A stretch of DNA of 64,000 nt from an uncultured Pelagibacteraceae bacterium (GTDB lineage Bacteria; Pseudomonadota; Alphaproteobacteria; Pelagibacterales; Pelagibacteraceae), in assembly GCA_902545555.1 (NCBI GenBank), contig CACCGK010000002.1:20602-84601 (forward strand). The letters are read 5' to 3'. Below the pieces are notes generated by a model that made no database searches, had not been told where the DNA came from, and worked only from the letters and a program-made list of their open reading frames with translations. This document shows positions 1 through 10,101 of the stretch, piece by piece. Position 1 is the stretch's first letter. Every line of letters begins with the position of its first letter. The translations under genes were made by a program, and so were the position numbers.

Positions 1-884
1 AATCTTTTTAAATATTGATCAAATTCTTTATTTTCAGAAGAAAAATTACCATTAAAAAAAATATCCTGCTTAATATTTTGCCAAACGAAAGCATAACTTG
101 ATCCCAAATAATAAATGGTCTCATCAATATATTCAGGAATTAAACTCTGAGACTCTTTAAACCACTCCCTAATAATTATAAAATATTTTAAATAAAATAT
201 AAGTTGTTGAATATTTCTTGATTTTGGAAAGCCTTGATTATCAATTGAGGATTTAATGATATTTTTTAATAAATTCAATCCATTTAAAAGATATTGTTTT
301 TCATTTTTGTAAGCTAGTCCAGTTAAAATGATTGCAGCGCACCCAATCATCTTATTCTCCACTTCTTTTGAGTTATTGATTTCGTTTAACAAATGATTAG
401 TTTGTTTTTGAATCATATGATCAAAACTGGATCTATATTCTTGGTCACTATCTTCATAAGTTAGTTGATGATTTGATAACCATGAAATAATTCTTTTTGC
501 TGTTAAATCAAATTCCCAGCTTTTTTTCTGATATTTACTATTATTTGAAATCCAATTTTTTATAACTGTTTGTGTAGTTTTTTTTGAAGATTTTAAATCT
601 AAGCTAAAAAACCAAAAAAAATTATTTAATTTTTCATAATCCTTTGATTTTAAATTATTTTGCCAAATTGATTCAATAGCAAAGTCTTCAATTTTATATT
701 TTTTATTCTGGTATTTTATTATAGACGAAAGTAAATGGGGACTCGGTTTATATTCAAAACTATTATCAAAAGTTTTCGATATTTTTTTTTCGTAAAAATT
801 TGAATTTTGATAAATTGATTTAAAACTTTCTTTTATATTAAAATAAAATTGACCTAAAATGCCTAAGGAATTTGTATTAATCAT
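1..884 (-). CDS. Heparinase II/III-like family protein, partial (runs off the window start)
   Basis: Not in the ORF track. Open frame read from ATG at 884: MINTNSLGILGQFYF...LNNFFWF...WEFDLTAKRIISWL...IDNQGFPKSRN, resembling alphaproteobacterial heparinase II/III-like proteins found next to rpe. Confidence 0.65.
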   Translation of the reverse strand, partial: MINTNSLGILGQFYFNIKESFKSIYQNSNFYEKKISKTFDNSFEYKPSPHLLSSIIKYQNKKYKIEDFAIESIWQNNLKSKDYEKLNNFFWFFSLDLKSSKKTTQTVIKNWISNNSKYQKKSWEFDLTAKRIISWLSNHQLTYEDSDQEYRSSFDHMIQKQTNHLLNEINNSKEVENKMIGCAAIILTGLAYKNEKQYLLNGLNLLKNIIKSSIDNQGFPKSRNIQQLIFYLKYFIIIREWFKESQSLIPEYIDETIYYLGSSYAFVWQNIKQDIFFNGNFSSENKEFDQYLKR

Positions 885-888
885 TAAC

Positions 889-1548
889 TTATTTTAATTT
901 TAATAAATTAATATTTTTTTTTATATCTCCATCATTACTTTTGAACACTGTAGTACCGGAAACAAGAATGTTTGCACCAGCATCAATTGCACTTTTGTAG
1001 TTATCAAAATTGATTCCACCATCAATTTCTATATCAAAATCTAACTTTTTTTGCTCTCTTATTTTTTTTAATTCTTTAATTTTATCTAAAACTTCTGGCA
1101 TAAATTTTTGTCCTCCAAATCCAGGATTTACACTCATAATTAGGACTAAATCTATTTGATCTAATAAATCTATTATTAAATCAATTTTAGTTTCAGGATT
1201 AAGCGAAACTCCAACATTTTTATTTTTTTCTTTTATTTTTTTAATTGAATTTTCTAAATTATCGGTTGCCTCAGGATGAATAGTAATAATATCTGCTCCC
1301 GCATCAGCGTAAGCATCTATATATTTATGAACTGGTGATATCATTAAGTGAACATCAAATTTTAATGAGCAATGTTTACGAAGAGCTTTAATTACAGGTG
1401 GCCCTATAGTTAAATTAGGAACAAAATGACCATCCATGACATCCACATGAATCATATCAGCCCCACCTTCTTCGAGTCTTTTAATTTCTGAACCTAATTG
1501 ACTAAAGTCAGCTGATAAAATTGATGGAGAAATTTGTATATTTTTCAT
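889..1548 (-). CDS. rpe: Ribulose-phosphate 3-epimerase
   Basis: ISPSILSADF, HVDVMDGHFVPN, DVHLM, MSVNPGFGGQ, IDGGI motifs. Confidence 0.97.
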   Translation of the reverse strand: MKNIQISPSILSADFSQLGSEIKRLEEGGADMIHVDVMDGHFVPNLTIGPPVIKALRKHCSLKFDVHLMISPVHKYIDAYADAGADIITIHPEATDNLENSIKKIKEKNKNVGVSLNPETKIDLIIDLLDQIDLVLIMSVNPGFGGQKFMPEVLDKIKELKKIREQKKLDFDIEIDGGINFDNYKSAIDAGANILVSGTTVFKSNDGDIKKNINLLKLK

Positions 1549-1582
1549 TGATTGATAGATTAACTACTATCAATTTTAAAAA

Positions 1583-1933
1583 TTAAAATGAATTAAAAAA
1601 TTGATAAATTTGTCTAGAAATTTCACTCTCCAAAGGAAATGACAACATTCCCATTACCGAATATCCCAAGATCCAAGGCATTAGATAAAATCTAATCATG
1701 TAGAAGAACCAAGCAACATATAAAGGCACTAATGGCCCAATGATAAATGACGGTGTAACCGGTTTAAACAATTTTATTAAAGGGTTGGTATATTTTACGA
1801 ATACTCTCATGAAAAAGAATTGAGAGTCTTCCCTTTGAAAAATGTTCATGGCCACTCTTCCAATTAGAGTCCACATGATGATCCCAAGCAAATAATCTAT
1901 AAAATATATTAAAGGATGAAAATTGGCTGACAT
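1583..1933 (-). CDS. Small YggT-like membrane protein downstream of the symporter
   Basis: 116 aa, hydrophobic, with a YggT-like TNPLIKLFKPVTP segment. Confidence 0.55.
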   Translation of the reverse strand: MSANFHPLIYFIDYLLGIIMWTLIGRVAMNIFQREDSQFFFMRVFVKYTNPLIKLFKPVTPSFIIGPLVPLYVAWFFYMIRFYLMPWILGYSVMGMLSFPLESEISRQIYQFFNSF

Positions 1934-1965
1934 TCAAAATTTATATTGGAAAAAGTATTGAAATA

Positions 1966-1991
1966 AAAGGGGCGAAATTAATCGCCCCTTT
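1966..1991 (-). terminator. Intrinsic terminator after the actP-like symporter
   Basis: Perfect stem AAAGGGGCGA/TCGCCCCTTT with a 6-nt loop; T-rich tail on the minus strand, 10 nt after the stop codon. Confidence 0.85.
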
Positions 1992-2001
1992 AAAAGATTA
2001 T

Positions 2002-3813
2002 TTAGTGTGATTTACCAAGAATGGATTTACCACTTGGTACACGTACATCATCAACCATTTTTTGAGTAGCTTTATCTGGTTCTGCAGTCATTAAACTAAC
2101 TACTACCATTAAAACTAAACTAACAGCTGATCCGAAGATACCAAATGTTAACTGTGTAATTCCTAGGAATCCACTTCCACCAGTTCGTACCCAAACTAAG
2201 TACCACGCACCAGCGACAAGACCACCTAGCATACCAGCAATCGCACCTTGTCTATTAGCTCTCTTCCACCATACACCAAGTACAAGTGGGAAGAACAATC
2301 CAGACATCGCAAAATCAAAAGCCCAGATAACCGAACCTAAGATTCCTTGAATCTCCATTGCTGCAATAGTTGCTCCAGCAAAACCAATTATTACAAGTAA
2401 TACCCTCGCAACAAGTAGTCTTTTTGCAGTTTCCGCTTTTGGATCAATGATCTTATAGTAAACATCATGTGATATAGCGTTTGCAATCGCTAGAATCAAA
2501 CCATCAGCAGTAGACATGGCAGCTGCCATACCTCCTGCAGCAACAAGACCTGAAATTACGTAAGGTAATCCAGCTATCTCTGGTGTTGCTAATACAACGG
2601 CTTTACCACCCATGAAGAACTCATTTAATTCAAGAGTTCCATTTCCGTTAAAGTCGCTGATAAACATTAGGTTTGCTTGGTTCCAGTTCTGATACCAATC
2701 TATCGCTTCTACTTCTGCAAATGTCTTACCGATAATACCAGTTGGTAAATTCGGGTCGATCAATGATAACTTAGATAATGTAGCTAACATTGGAGCAGAA
2801 GAGTAAAGTAGGAAGATAAAGAATAATGACCAACCTACTGATTTTCTAGCTGCTTTTACACTTGGAGTAGTAAAGTATCTCATCATCACGTGCGGTAATG
2901 AAGCTGTTCCCATCATCATCGCTAATGCTAATGAAATAAATGCCCAAGGTGTAGCGTTCACTGCAGAGTGAGCTTTAGTTATTCCTGCTAAGCCTTTAGG
3001 TACTGATTTTAGATCAGCAGCTGCGTTTTTAACAAAACCGAACTGTTGTTCTAATTCACCAATTCTAGCTACCTCGTCAGCTAACATAAAGTGAGGGAAG
3101 AAACCCGCACCCATTTTGTTACTGATCCAGAATACTGGAAGTAGATAAGCTATAATTAGTACAATGTATTGCGCAACCTGTGTCCAAGTTACCCCTCTCA
3201 TACCACCTAACATTGAACATAATAAAATACTTATTAGTCCAACATAAACTGCGTATTGGAATGGGATATCAAGTGCAACAGATGCAATAGTACCCGTAGC
3301 GTTAATTTGTGCAGTCACATAAGTAAATGAAGCAACAGTTAAAACTACAACTGCGCTAAATCTAGCTAAATTACCACCGTATCTAGTACCTATAAAATCT
3401 GGGACTGTATAACAGCCAAATTTTCTTAAGTATGGTGCTAATAAAGATGCAACAAGCACGTATCCACCAGTCCAACCAACAAGTAGAGCCATATAACCGT
3501 AACCTTTAAAGTAAATACCACCTGCCATAGCAACGAATGATGCACCAGACATCCAGTCTGCTGCAGTCGCCATTCCGTTGAAGACTGTTGGTACTTGCCT
3601 TCCAGCTACATAATATGCATCTGCTTGGGCTGTTCTTGATAGATAACCGATTAATGCATAGATGAATACAGTAAATGCAACGAAAGCGATACCTATCGTT
3701 TTAGCTGTCATACCCATCTGCTCAGCAATTGCCATAATGATTATGAAACCTACAAATCCTCCTGTATAGATTCCGTAAATCTTAGGCAAATTATCTATGA
3801 AATTACCTTTCAT
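2002..3813 (-). CDS. actP: Cation/acetate symporter ActP-like, sodium:solute symporter family
   Basis: YYVAGR, NGMATAADWMSGASF, YTVPDFIGTRY, GTASLPHVMMRYFT and AAMSTADG motifs; DUF4212 partner upstream and acs nearby. Confidence 0.85.
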   Translation of the reverse strand: MKGNFIDNLPKIYGIYTGGFVGFIIIMAIAEQMGMTAKTIGIAFVAFTVFIYALIGYLSRTAQADAYYVAGRQVPTVFNGMATAADWMSGASFVAMAGGIYFKGYGYMALLVGWTGGYVLVASLLAPYLRKFGCYTVPDFIGTRYGGNLARFSAVVVLTVASFTYVTAQINATGTIASVALDIPFQYAVYVGLISILLCSMLGGMRGVTWTQVAQYIVLIIAYLLPVFWISNKMGAGFFPHFMLADEVARIGELEQQFGFVKNAAADLKSVPKGLAGITKAHSAVNATPWAFISLALAMMMGTASLPHVMMRYFTTPSVKAARKSVGWSLFFIFLLYSSAPMLATLSKLSLIDPNLPTGIIGKTFAEVEAIDWYQNWNQANLMFISDFNGNGTLELNEFFMGGKAVVLATPEIAGLPYVISGLVAAGGMAAAMSTADGLILAIANAISHDVYYKIIDPKAETAKRLLVARVLLVIIGFAGATIAAMEIQGILGSVIWAFDFAMSGLFFPLVLGVWWKRANRQGAIAGMLGGLVAGAWYLVWVRTGGSGFLGITQLTFGIFGSAVSLVLMVVVSLMTAEPDKATQKMVDDVRVPSGKSILGKSH

Positions 3814-4073
3814 TATTCGTCCTCTCTTTCGCTAAAGCCGAACTCTTCATCGATTTTTTCTTGTCTATTCGCAAACCAGAAAATTAGGATTACAAATGCA
3901 CCAAGAGATCCCTGACATGTAAACCAGTATGTCCACGGATAACCGAAAGGTCCTGTGACCTCGTTCATTTCAGCTCCAAAGAGAAAGATGCCAATTGAGA
4001 AAACAAACCAGATTGCCAGTGTTATAAATAACAATCCCCTGGTTTTTTCCCAGTGTTTTTGTTGATTTGACAT
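3813..4073 (-). CDS. DUF4212 small membrane partner of solute symporter
   Basis: Two TM segments, GYPWTYWFTCQGS, IDEEFG; its stop overlaps the symporter start. Confidence 0.85.
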   Translation of the reverse strand: MSNQQKHWEKTRGLLFITLAIWFVFSIGIFLFGAEMNEVTGPFGYPWTYWFTCQGSLGAFVILIFWFANRQEKIDEEFGFSEREDE

Positions 4074-4208
4074 TTATACCTCTCTATTTAGTTATAACTG
4101 GTTGAAACCATAACCATTATGAAGGTTTTGAAAAGACCTAAAATTCACCATATAAGGTACTTATTTACTTGCTTTTTTAAGATATAATTGGCGCACTTAC
4201 AAATTAAC

Positions 4209-4832
4209 ATGGGAAAATACAAATTAACTTGGAGAGACATAAAACTTGAAGATTTCAAAACATATTTATTTGCCATGTTTAAGGCGTTTATTCCCAAAAA
4301 AAAAATAAAAACTTTGGATGAGTTAGAGCAGTTTATTCAAACAAAATCTGCCTGGGCTACTCAGGTTACTTTATATAATTATCTTAAAACTAGAATGGGA
4401 ACAAGATACGTTCTTCATTTTGATAATGATGAATTTATGTCATCAGTAAATCTTGCTAAATGGAATATTTATTCAGTTGCATTACAAGATTTAACTTTTT
4501 TTACTTTTTCGTATTTGAAAGCTAATTTCAATTATAAGGATATTCATAATGCAAACGAAATTTTTAACAAAATTTTAGATGATGAAATTTCTAACAAGAT
4601 GCCATTAAATATTATTGATGAAGCTAGGAAAAGTTTTGATGAACGATTAGAAAAAATTAATTGGGATGTTTATTATCAAGACTTACCTTTTAATCCTAGT
4701 GCTCTCTCTTTATATAAATGGGCTCCAATTGCAGATGAATTAAAAACCTTAGATCGAAAGATCGTTTTAAATTCGATGATTTTAAAATGGGATGTTGTTA
4801 AACAAGAGTTTAAAGATTTAATTCAGTTTTAA
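4209..4832 (+). CDS. Conserved hypothetical protein between the actP operon and acs
   Basis: Long ORF; ATG at 4209 preferred to TTG at 4188; [10 protein letters not shown] motif; no recognisable catalytic motif. Confidence 0.6.
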   Translation: MGKYKLTWRDIKLEDFKTYLFAMFKAFIPKKKIKTLDELEQFIQTKSAWATQVTLYNYLKTRMGTRYVLHFDNDEFMSSVNLAKWNIYSVALQDLTFFTFSYLKANFNYKDIHNANEIFNKILDDEISNKMPLNIIDEARKSFDERLEKINWDVYYQDLPFNPSALSLYKWAPIADELKTLDRKIVLNSMILKWDVVKQEFKDLIQF

Positions 4833-6925
4833 ATATTTTTTCTATTCTCAACTAAACTATCAACTACACTCGGATCCGCTAAAGTAGTTGTATCTCCTAA
4901 TTGACCATGCTCATTAGCAGCAATTTTTCTTAAAATTCTTCTCATTATTTTTCCAGATCTCGTTTTTGGAAGTCCTGGAGTAAAATGAATTAGATCTGGT
5001 GTTGCTAGGGGTCCTATCTGTTTTCTAACCCAAAGCTTTAAATCTCTCTCAAGTTCGCCTGTTTCTGTTTCTCCTGCATTTAAGGTTACATAACAATACA
5101 AACCATTACCTTTAATATCATGAGGATAACCAACCACAGCAGCTTCTGCTACTTTTGGGTGAGCAACAAAAGCACTTTCAATTTCAGCTGTCCCCAGGTT
5201 ATGACCTGAAACAATTATTACATCATCTACACGACCAGTGATCCAGTAATAACCATCTTTATCTCTTCGACATCCATCACCAGTAAAATATTTCCCATTA
5301 AATTGAGAAAAATAAGTATCAATAAATCTTTGATGATCTCCATATACTGTTCTCATTTGGCCAGGCCATGATTGAGCTATACATAATCTTCCTTCTCCAG
5401 CTCCTTTAATTTCTTTACCGTTTTTATCAACAAGGACTGGCTTAATTCCATAGAAAGGTTTTGTTGCAGACCCAGGTTTAAGAGGAATAGCACCTGTTTG
5501 AGGAGCAATCATTATACCTCCAGTTTCCGTTTGCCACCATGTATCTACAATTGGGCACTTAGAATTACCCACAGTTTTATAATACCACATCCAAGCCTCT
5601 GGATTTATTGGTTCTCCCACAGTTCCTAAAAGTTTAAGTGATTTTCTAGATGTTTTTTTAACGGGCTTATCTCCCTCACGCATTAATGCTCTTATTGCAG
5701 TTGGGGCTGTATAAAAAGTATTCACTTTATATTTATCAACTATTTGCCACCACCTTGAACTATCAGGATAATTTGGAATACCTTCAAACATTATAGTTGT
5801 TGCACCATTCGAAAGTGGTCCGTAAATAATATAACTATGTCCAGTTACCCAGCCAATATCAGCAGTACACCAATAAATATCTTTTGGTTTGTAGTTGAAA
5901 ATATATTGATGAGTCATTGATGCATAAACCATATAACCACCAGTAGTATGAAGAACCCCTTTAGGTTTACCTGTTGAACCAGAAGTATATAAAATAAATA
6001 AAGGATCCTCGGCATTCATTTCCTCAGGTTCACAATGATTAGGAACATCTTTAATTAAATCATGATACCAAACATCTCTATTTTGATCCCAGTTAATATA
6101 ATTACCTGTTCGTTTAACAACAATACATTTCCTAACATTTGGACAACTCATTAAAGCTTCATCAACTGTATATTTAAGTGGAATAGTTTTTCCACCTCGG
6201 ACACCTTCATCTGCAGTTATTATGTATTCAGACTCGCAATCATTTACTCTTCCTGAAATCGAATCTGCTGAAAAGCCTCCAAAAATAATTGAATGAACTG
6301 CACCAATTCTTACACAAGCTAGCATTAAAATTGCTAACTCTGGAATCATCGTTAAATAAATTGTTACACGATCACCTTTTTTAATTCCCAATTTTTTTAA
6401 ACCATTGGCTGCTTTTGAAACTTTTTGGTGAAGTTGTTTATAAGAAATTTTTTGACTATCTTTTGGATCATCACCTACCCAAATAATTGCAGTTTTATCT
6501 TTTTTATCTTTTAAATGTCTATCAATACAATTGGCTGAAGCATTTAAAGTACCATCTTCAAACCATTTAATTTTAACTTCTTCAGTACTGTATTTTACAT
6601 CTTTAATTTTTTTATAAGGTTTGATCCACGTAATTCTTTTTCCTTCTTTTCTCCAAAATTCATCATTACTTTTTATAGATTGAGAATATTTTAGTTGGTA
6701 CTTACTTTTATTTGCTAAACTACTTTTAATCCACTCTGGTTTTGTTTTAATAACAACTTCAGGAGGCGTATTTCCATTTTCTTCTTTTGCTTTAACTTTT
6801 TTTTTTATTTTTTTAGAAGATTTTTTTCTAACTTTAGATCTCTTCTTGATCTTTTTTGAGGTTTTTTTTCTTACTTTAGATCTTTTTTTTCTTATTTTGT
6901 TTTTTCTCTTTTTTTTCTTTGGCAT
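4829..6925 (-). CDS. acs: Acetyl-CoA synthetase (AMP-forming) with Lys/Arg-rich N-terminal extension
   Basis: [45 protein letters not shown]. Confidence 0.97.
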   Translation of the reverse strand: MPKKKKRKNKIRKKRSKVRKKTSKKIKKRSKVRKKSSKKIKKKVKAKEENGNTPPEVVIKTKPEWIKSSLANKSKYQLKYSQSIKSNDEFWRKEGKRITWIKPYKKIKDVKYSTEEVKIKWFEDGTLNASANCIDRHLKDKKDKTAIIWVGDDPKDSQKISYKQLHQKVSKAANGLKKLGIKKGDRVTIYLTMIPELAILMLACVRIGAVHSIIFGGFSADSISGRVNDCESEYIITADEGVRGGKTIPLKYTVDEALMSCPNVRKCIVVKRTGNYINWDQNRDVWYHDLIKDVPNHCEPEEMNAEDPLFILYTSGSTGKPKGVLHTTGGYMVYASMTHQYIFNYKPKDIYWCTADIGWVTGHSYIIYGPLSNGATTIMFEGIPNYPDSSRWWQIVDKYKVNTFYTAPTAIRALMREGDKPVKKTSRKSLKLLGTVGEPINPEAWMWYYKTVGNSKCPIVDTWWQTETGGIMIAPQTGAIPLKPGSATKPFYGIKPVLVDKNGKEIKGAGEGRLCIAQSWPGQMRTVYGDHQRFIDTYFSQFNGKYFTGDGCRRDKDGYYWITGRVDDVIIVSGHNLGTAEIESAFVAHPKVAEAAVVGYPHDIKGNGLYCYVTLNAGETETGELERDLKLWVRKQIGPLATPDLIHFTPGLPKTRSGKIMRRILRKIAANEHGQLGDTTTLADPSVVDSLVENRKNI
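6806..6889 (-). repeat. 42-nt (14-aa) tandem duplication in the acs leader: [14 protein letters not shown] / [14 protein letters not shown]
   Basis: ACTTTAGATCT occurs at 6831 and 6873, 42 nt apart; the repeat is visible in the translation. Confidence 0.85.
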
Positions 6926-6940
6926 GAGATAATTTTTTTT

Positions 6941-7354
6941 TTAAATTCTACTCATGTTAGTTATAATTTTCCAGCTTTTATAATCAACTGGCATTACAGA
7001 AAGTCTACTTTGCTTAATTAGAGCCAAATGGCTTAAATCCTTATTTTTTTTAATACTTTCAAGCGTTATGGGCTTTGAAAATTTGCTTTTAAATTGAACA
7101 GTAACAGCAACAAATCTCCCTGTCTTGTCTGTTTTATCTATATAAGATTCTTTAATAACTTTTACTATTCCAACTATCTCTTTTCCTATGTTTGAATGAT
7201 AAAAAAAACATAGATCTCCTTTCCTCATACTTTTTAAATTCTTTGCAGCTTGATAATTTCTGACTCCATCCCAGGGTGCACCTTTAACACCAGCTTTTTT
7301 TTGCTGGTCAATTGACCAAACATCTGGTTCAGATTTCATCAACCAATATTGCAT
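6941..7354 (-). CDS. EVE domain protein
   Basis: YWLMKSEP, WDGVRNYQA, FFYHS, RLSVMPV. Confidence 0.93.
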   Translation of the reverse strand: MQYWLMKSEPDVWSIDQQKKAGVKGAPWDGVRNYQAAKNLKSMRKGDLCFFYHSNIGKEIVGIVKVIKESYIDKTDKTGRFVAVTVQFKSKFSKPITLESIKKNKDLSHLALIKQSRLSVMPVDYKSWKIITNMSRI

Positions 7355-8427
7355 TACAATTGAACTCCAGCACCCTTGAGAAAAGCTGCATCTTCATCTA
7401 AAGGCCATCTAGGTTTTGCTGGATAATCTAAATCATCAAATTGATTTACTTTAAATTTTTCCAAACCAACCATTGCAATCATTGCTGCATTATCTCCACA
7501 AAACTCTATAGGTGGAAAAATACTTTTATAATTATTTTCTTCACATAGATTAATTAACATAGACCTAATTTTTTTATTTGCTGCAACTCCTCCAGCAACA
7601 ACGAAAATTTTTTCATTTAATTCATTTATTTTTTCAAATTCATTAAAAGCAATCTTTGTTTTTTTATATAAAATTTCCTCAATTGTTTTTTGAAAAGATG
7701 CTGCAAGATCATATTTATCTTGTTCTGATTTAATTGTTTTGCTTATCTTCAGCACGGCAGTTTTAAGACCTGCAAAAGAAAGATTGCATCCTCCTTTGCT
7801 GAAAATTGGTCTTGGTAAATCATATTTTTCTGGATCACCTTTTTTAGCTAAAATTTCTATTTGAGGTCCTCCTGGAAATTCTATTCCTAAAAGCTTTGCC
7901 GTCTTGTCAAACGCCTCACCTAATGCATCATCAATAGTTGTTCCTAATCTTTTATATTTACCAAGGTTCTGAACACTTAAATATTGTGAGTGCCCACCTG
8001 AAATTAAAAGAAGTAAATATGGATAATTTAAATTTGTATTTAGTTTTGGACTTAAAGCATGGCCCTCTAAATGATTAACAGCAATAAAAGGTTTATTCAT
8101 TGCTGTTGCGAAAGCTTTACCAAAACTTAACCCAACTGATAAACAAACAATTAATCCAGGACCAGCGGTAGAAGCAACCGCATCTATTTCTTCAATTTTT
8201 CTTCCACTTTCATCAATAGCTTTTTTGACGATCCAATCAATTTTTTCAATGTGTGAACGTGCTGCTAGTTCAGGAACTACACCACCAAACTCCTTATGAA
8301 CCTCCACTTGGCTTGAAACAATGTTGGATAAAACTACTGGGAATCCTTCTTCATTTTCAGTTATTAAAGAAGCTGCTGTTTCATCACAACTAGACTCTAT
8401 TCCAAGAATTAAGGGTTTTTTGCTCAT
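7354..8427 (-). CDS. tsaD: tRNA N6-threonylcarbamoyladenosine synthase
   Basis: ILGIESSCDET, GGVVPELAARSH, VNHLEGH, DDALGEAFDK, DNAAMIA. Confidence 0.97.
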   Translation of the reverse strand: MSKKPLILGIESSCDETAASLITENEEGFPVVLSNIVSSQVEVHKEFGGVVPELAARSHIEKIDWIVKKAIDESGRKIEEIDAVASTAGPGLIVCLSVGLSFGKAFATAMNKPFIAVNHLEGHALSPKLNTNLNYPYLLLLISGGHSQYLSVQNLGKYKRLGTTIDDALGEAFDKTAKLLGIEFPGGPQIEILAKKGDPEKYDLPRPIFSKGGCNLSFAGLKTAVLKISKTIKSEQDKYDLAASFQKTIEEILYKKTKIAFNEFEKINELNEKIFVVAGGVAANKKIRSMLINLCEENNYKSIFPPIEFCGDNAAMIAMVGLEKFKVNQFDDLDYPAKPRWPLDEDAAFLKGAGVQL

Positions 8428-8481
8428 TCAAATAGTTTTTAATAATTGTACAATCTTTATACAAGTAAGAAATAATTTTTT

Positions 8482-9399
8482 ATGAGAAAAAAAATAATAA
8501 TTGGATCTAGGGGTAGCAAGCTTGCCTTACTTTATGCTCAACAAGCTAAAGATAAGATTATTGAAAATACCGACCTTGGTAATGAAGATATTTTAATTAA
8601 ATCAATTACAACTAAAGGTGACGAAGTACAGGATATAAGATTATCTGAGCTTGGTGGCAAAGGTTTGTTTTCTAGTAATATTGAAAAAGAACTTCAGTTA
8701 AAAAATATTGATATTGCAGTTCACGCGCTGAAAGATATGCCCGCGAATGAGACAGAAGGATTAAGGACTGATTCTTTTCTTGAAAGAAATGACCCTAGAG
8801 AGATTTTAATCACAAAGAACAAAAAAAAACTTAAAGACTTAGATCAAAAGTCAATTGTTGGTACCTCATCATATAGAAGAGAATTTCAAATAAAAAAAAT
8901 TAGACAAGATTTGAACTGTAAACTAATTAGAGGAAATGTAGATACTAGAATTAGAAAATTGAATGAAGGGATGTATGATGCAATTATTTTATCTTATGCT
9001 GGTATCAAATTTTTAAAATTTGAAAATGAAATCTCAGAAATTTTTTCAGCTGAAGAAATAATTCCTAGTGCAGGACAAGGCGTAATTGCTCTTCAGTGCA
9101 GGGAAAATGATGATGAGACAATTTCTATTTTAAACAAAATTAATCATGAGGAAACACATAAAAGAGCTCATCTTGAGAGAAATATTTTAAAAGTTTTAGA
9201 TGGAGATTGTGAAACAGCAATTGGTGCTCATTCAGTGGTTGATGGAGATAAGATTATAGTGGAGGCTGAACTTTTTTCTTTAGATGGTAAACAAAGGTTT
9301 TATGAAAAAAAAGTTGGTAATTTAAATGAGTTTAAAGAAATTGGTAAAGAGATTGGAATACTTTTAAAAACAAAATCAAATAATTCATATAAAAGATAA
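8482..9399 (+). CDS. hemC: Hydroxymethylbilane synthase
   Basis: IGSRGSKLA, GGKGLF, DIAVHALKDMP, IRGNVDTR, DGDC cofactor Cys. Confidence 0.96.
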   Translation: MRKKIIIGSRGSKLALLYAQQAKDKIIENTDLGNEDILIKSITTKGDEVQDIRLSELGGKGLFSSNIEKELQLKNIDIAVHALKDMPANETEGLRTDSFLERNDPREILITKNKKKLKDLDQKSIVGTSSYRREFQIKKIRQDLNCKLIRGNVDTRIRKLNEGMYDAIILSYAGIKFLKFENEISEIFSAEEIIPSAGQGVIALQCRENDDETISILNKINHEETHKRAHLERNILKVLDGDCETAIGAHSVVDGDKIIVEAELFSLDGKQRFYEKKVGNLNEFKEIGKEIGILLKTKSNNSYKR

Positions 9400-9400
9400 T

Positions 9401-10099
9401 ATGCATATTTTGTTAACTAGACCACTGGAGGATTGTTCTGAAATGATACTAAAATTTCAATCATTAGGACATCAAGTTTCTCATCTTCCATTAATTAGAA
9501 TTGAAAAGGTTAATTATGAAGAAATTAACTTTTCTGAATATGGTGGAATTGTTTTTACTAGTGCAAATGCAGTAAAATTTTTAAACACAGTAAAATTAGA
9601 TAAAAATATTAAATGCTTTTGTGTTGGAAACGCTACAGAAAACAAAGCAAGAAGTGTTGGTTTTCAAAATACAATTGCAGCTGAAGGAAATGTTACAAAC
9701 TTAAAGGAGTTAATTATACAAAGTTATGAGTCCAAAAATAAAGAATTACTTTACGTAAGTGGTGAAACAATATCGGTTGATTTAGATCAACAGTTATTAA
9801 GCGAAGGTTTTAAGGTAAAAAGAATTATTAATTACAGAGTATATCATAATCAAAAATTTGATGAGAAATTTGTTAATGAATTAAAATTAAATATGCCTGA
9901 TATGGTCTATGTTTACTCTCAAAATAGTGCGTCAAGTTTCTTAAATTTCATAAAGATTTACCAAACCGAAAATTTATGGATGAATACAAATTTGATGTGT
10001 ATAGGCGAAAAAACCTCGTCAATACTGAACGAAATCAAATGGAAAAAGATTTTTCTTTTTAACCCTGGAGAAGAAGAGTTTTTGTTATATAAAATTTAG
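9401..10099 (+). CDS. hemD: Uroporphyrinogen-III synthase
   Basis: ILLTRP, FTSANAV, CVGNAT; follows hemC. Confidence 0.9.
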   Translation: MHILLTRPLEDCSEMILKFQSLGHQVSHLPLIRIEKVNYEEINFSEYGGIVFTSANAVKFLNTVKLDKNIKCFCVGNATENKARSVGFQNTIAAEGNVTNLKELIIQSYESKNKELLYVSGETISVDLDQQLLSEGFKVKRIINYRVYHNQKFDEKFVNELKLNMPDMVYVYSQNSASSFLNFIKIYQTENLWMNTNLMCIGEKTSSILNEIKWKKIFLFNPGEEEFLLYKI

Positions 10100-10101
10100 A
10101 A

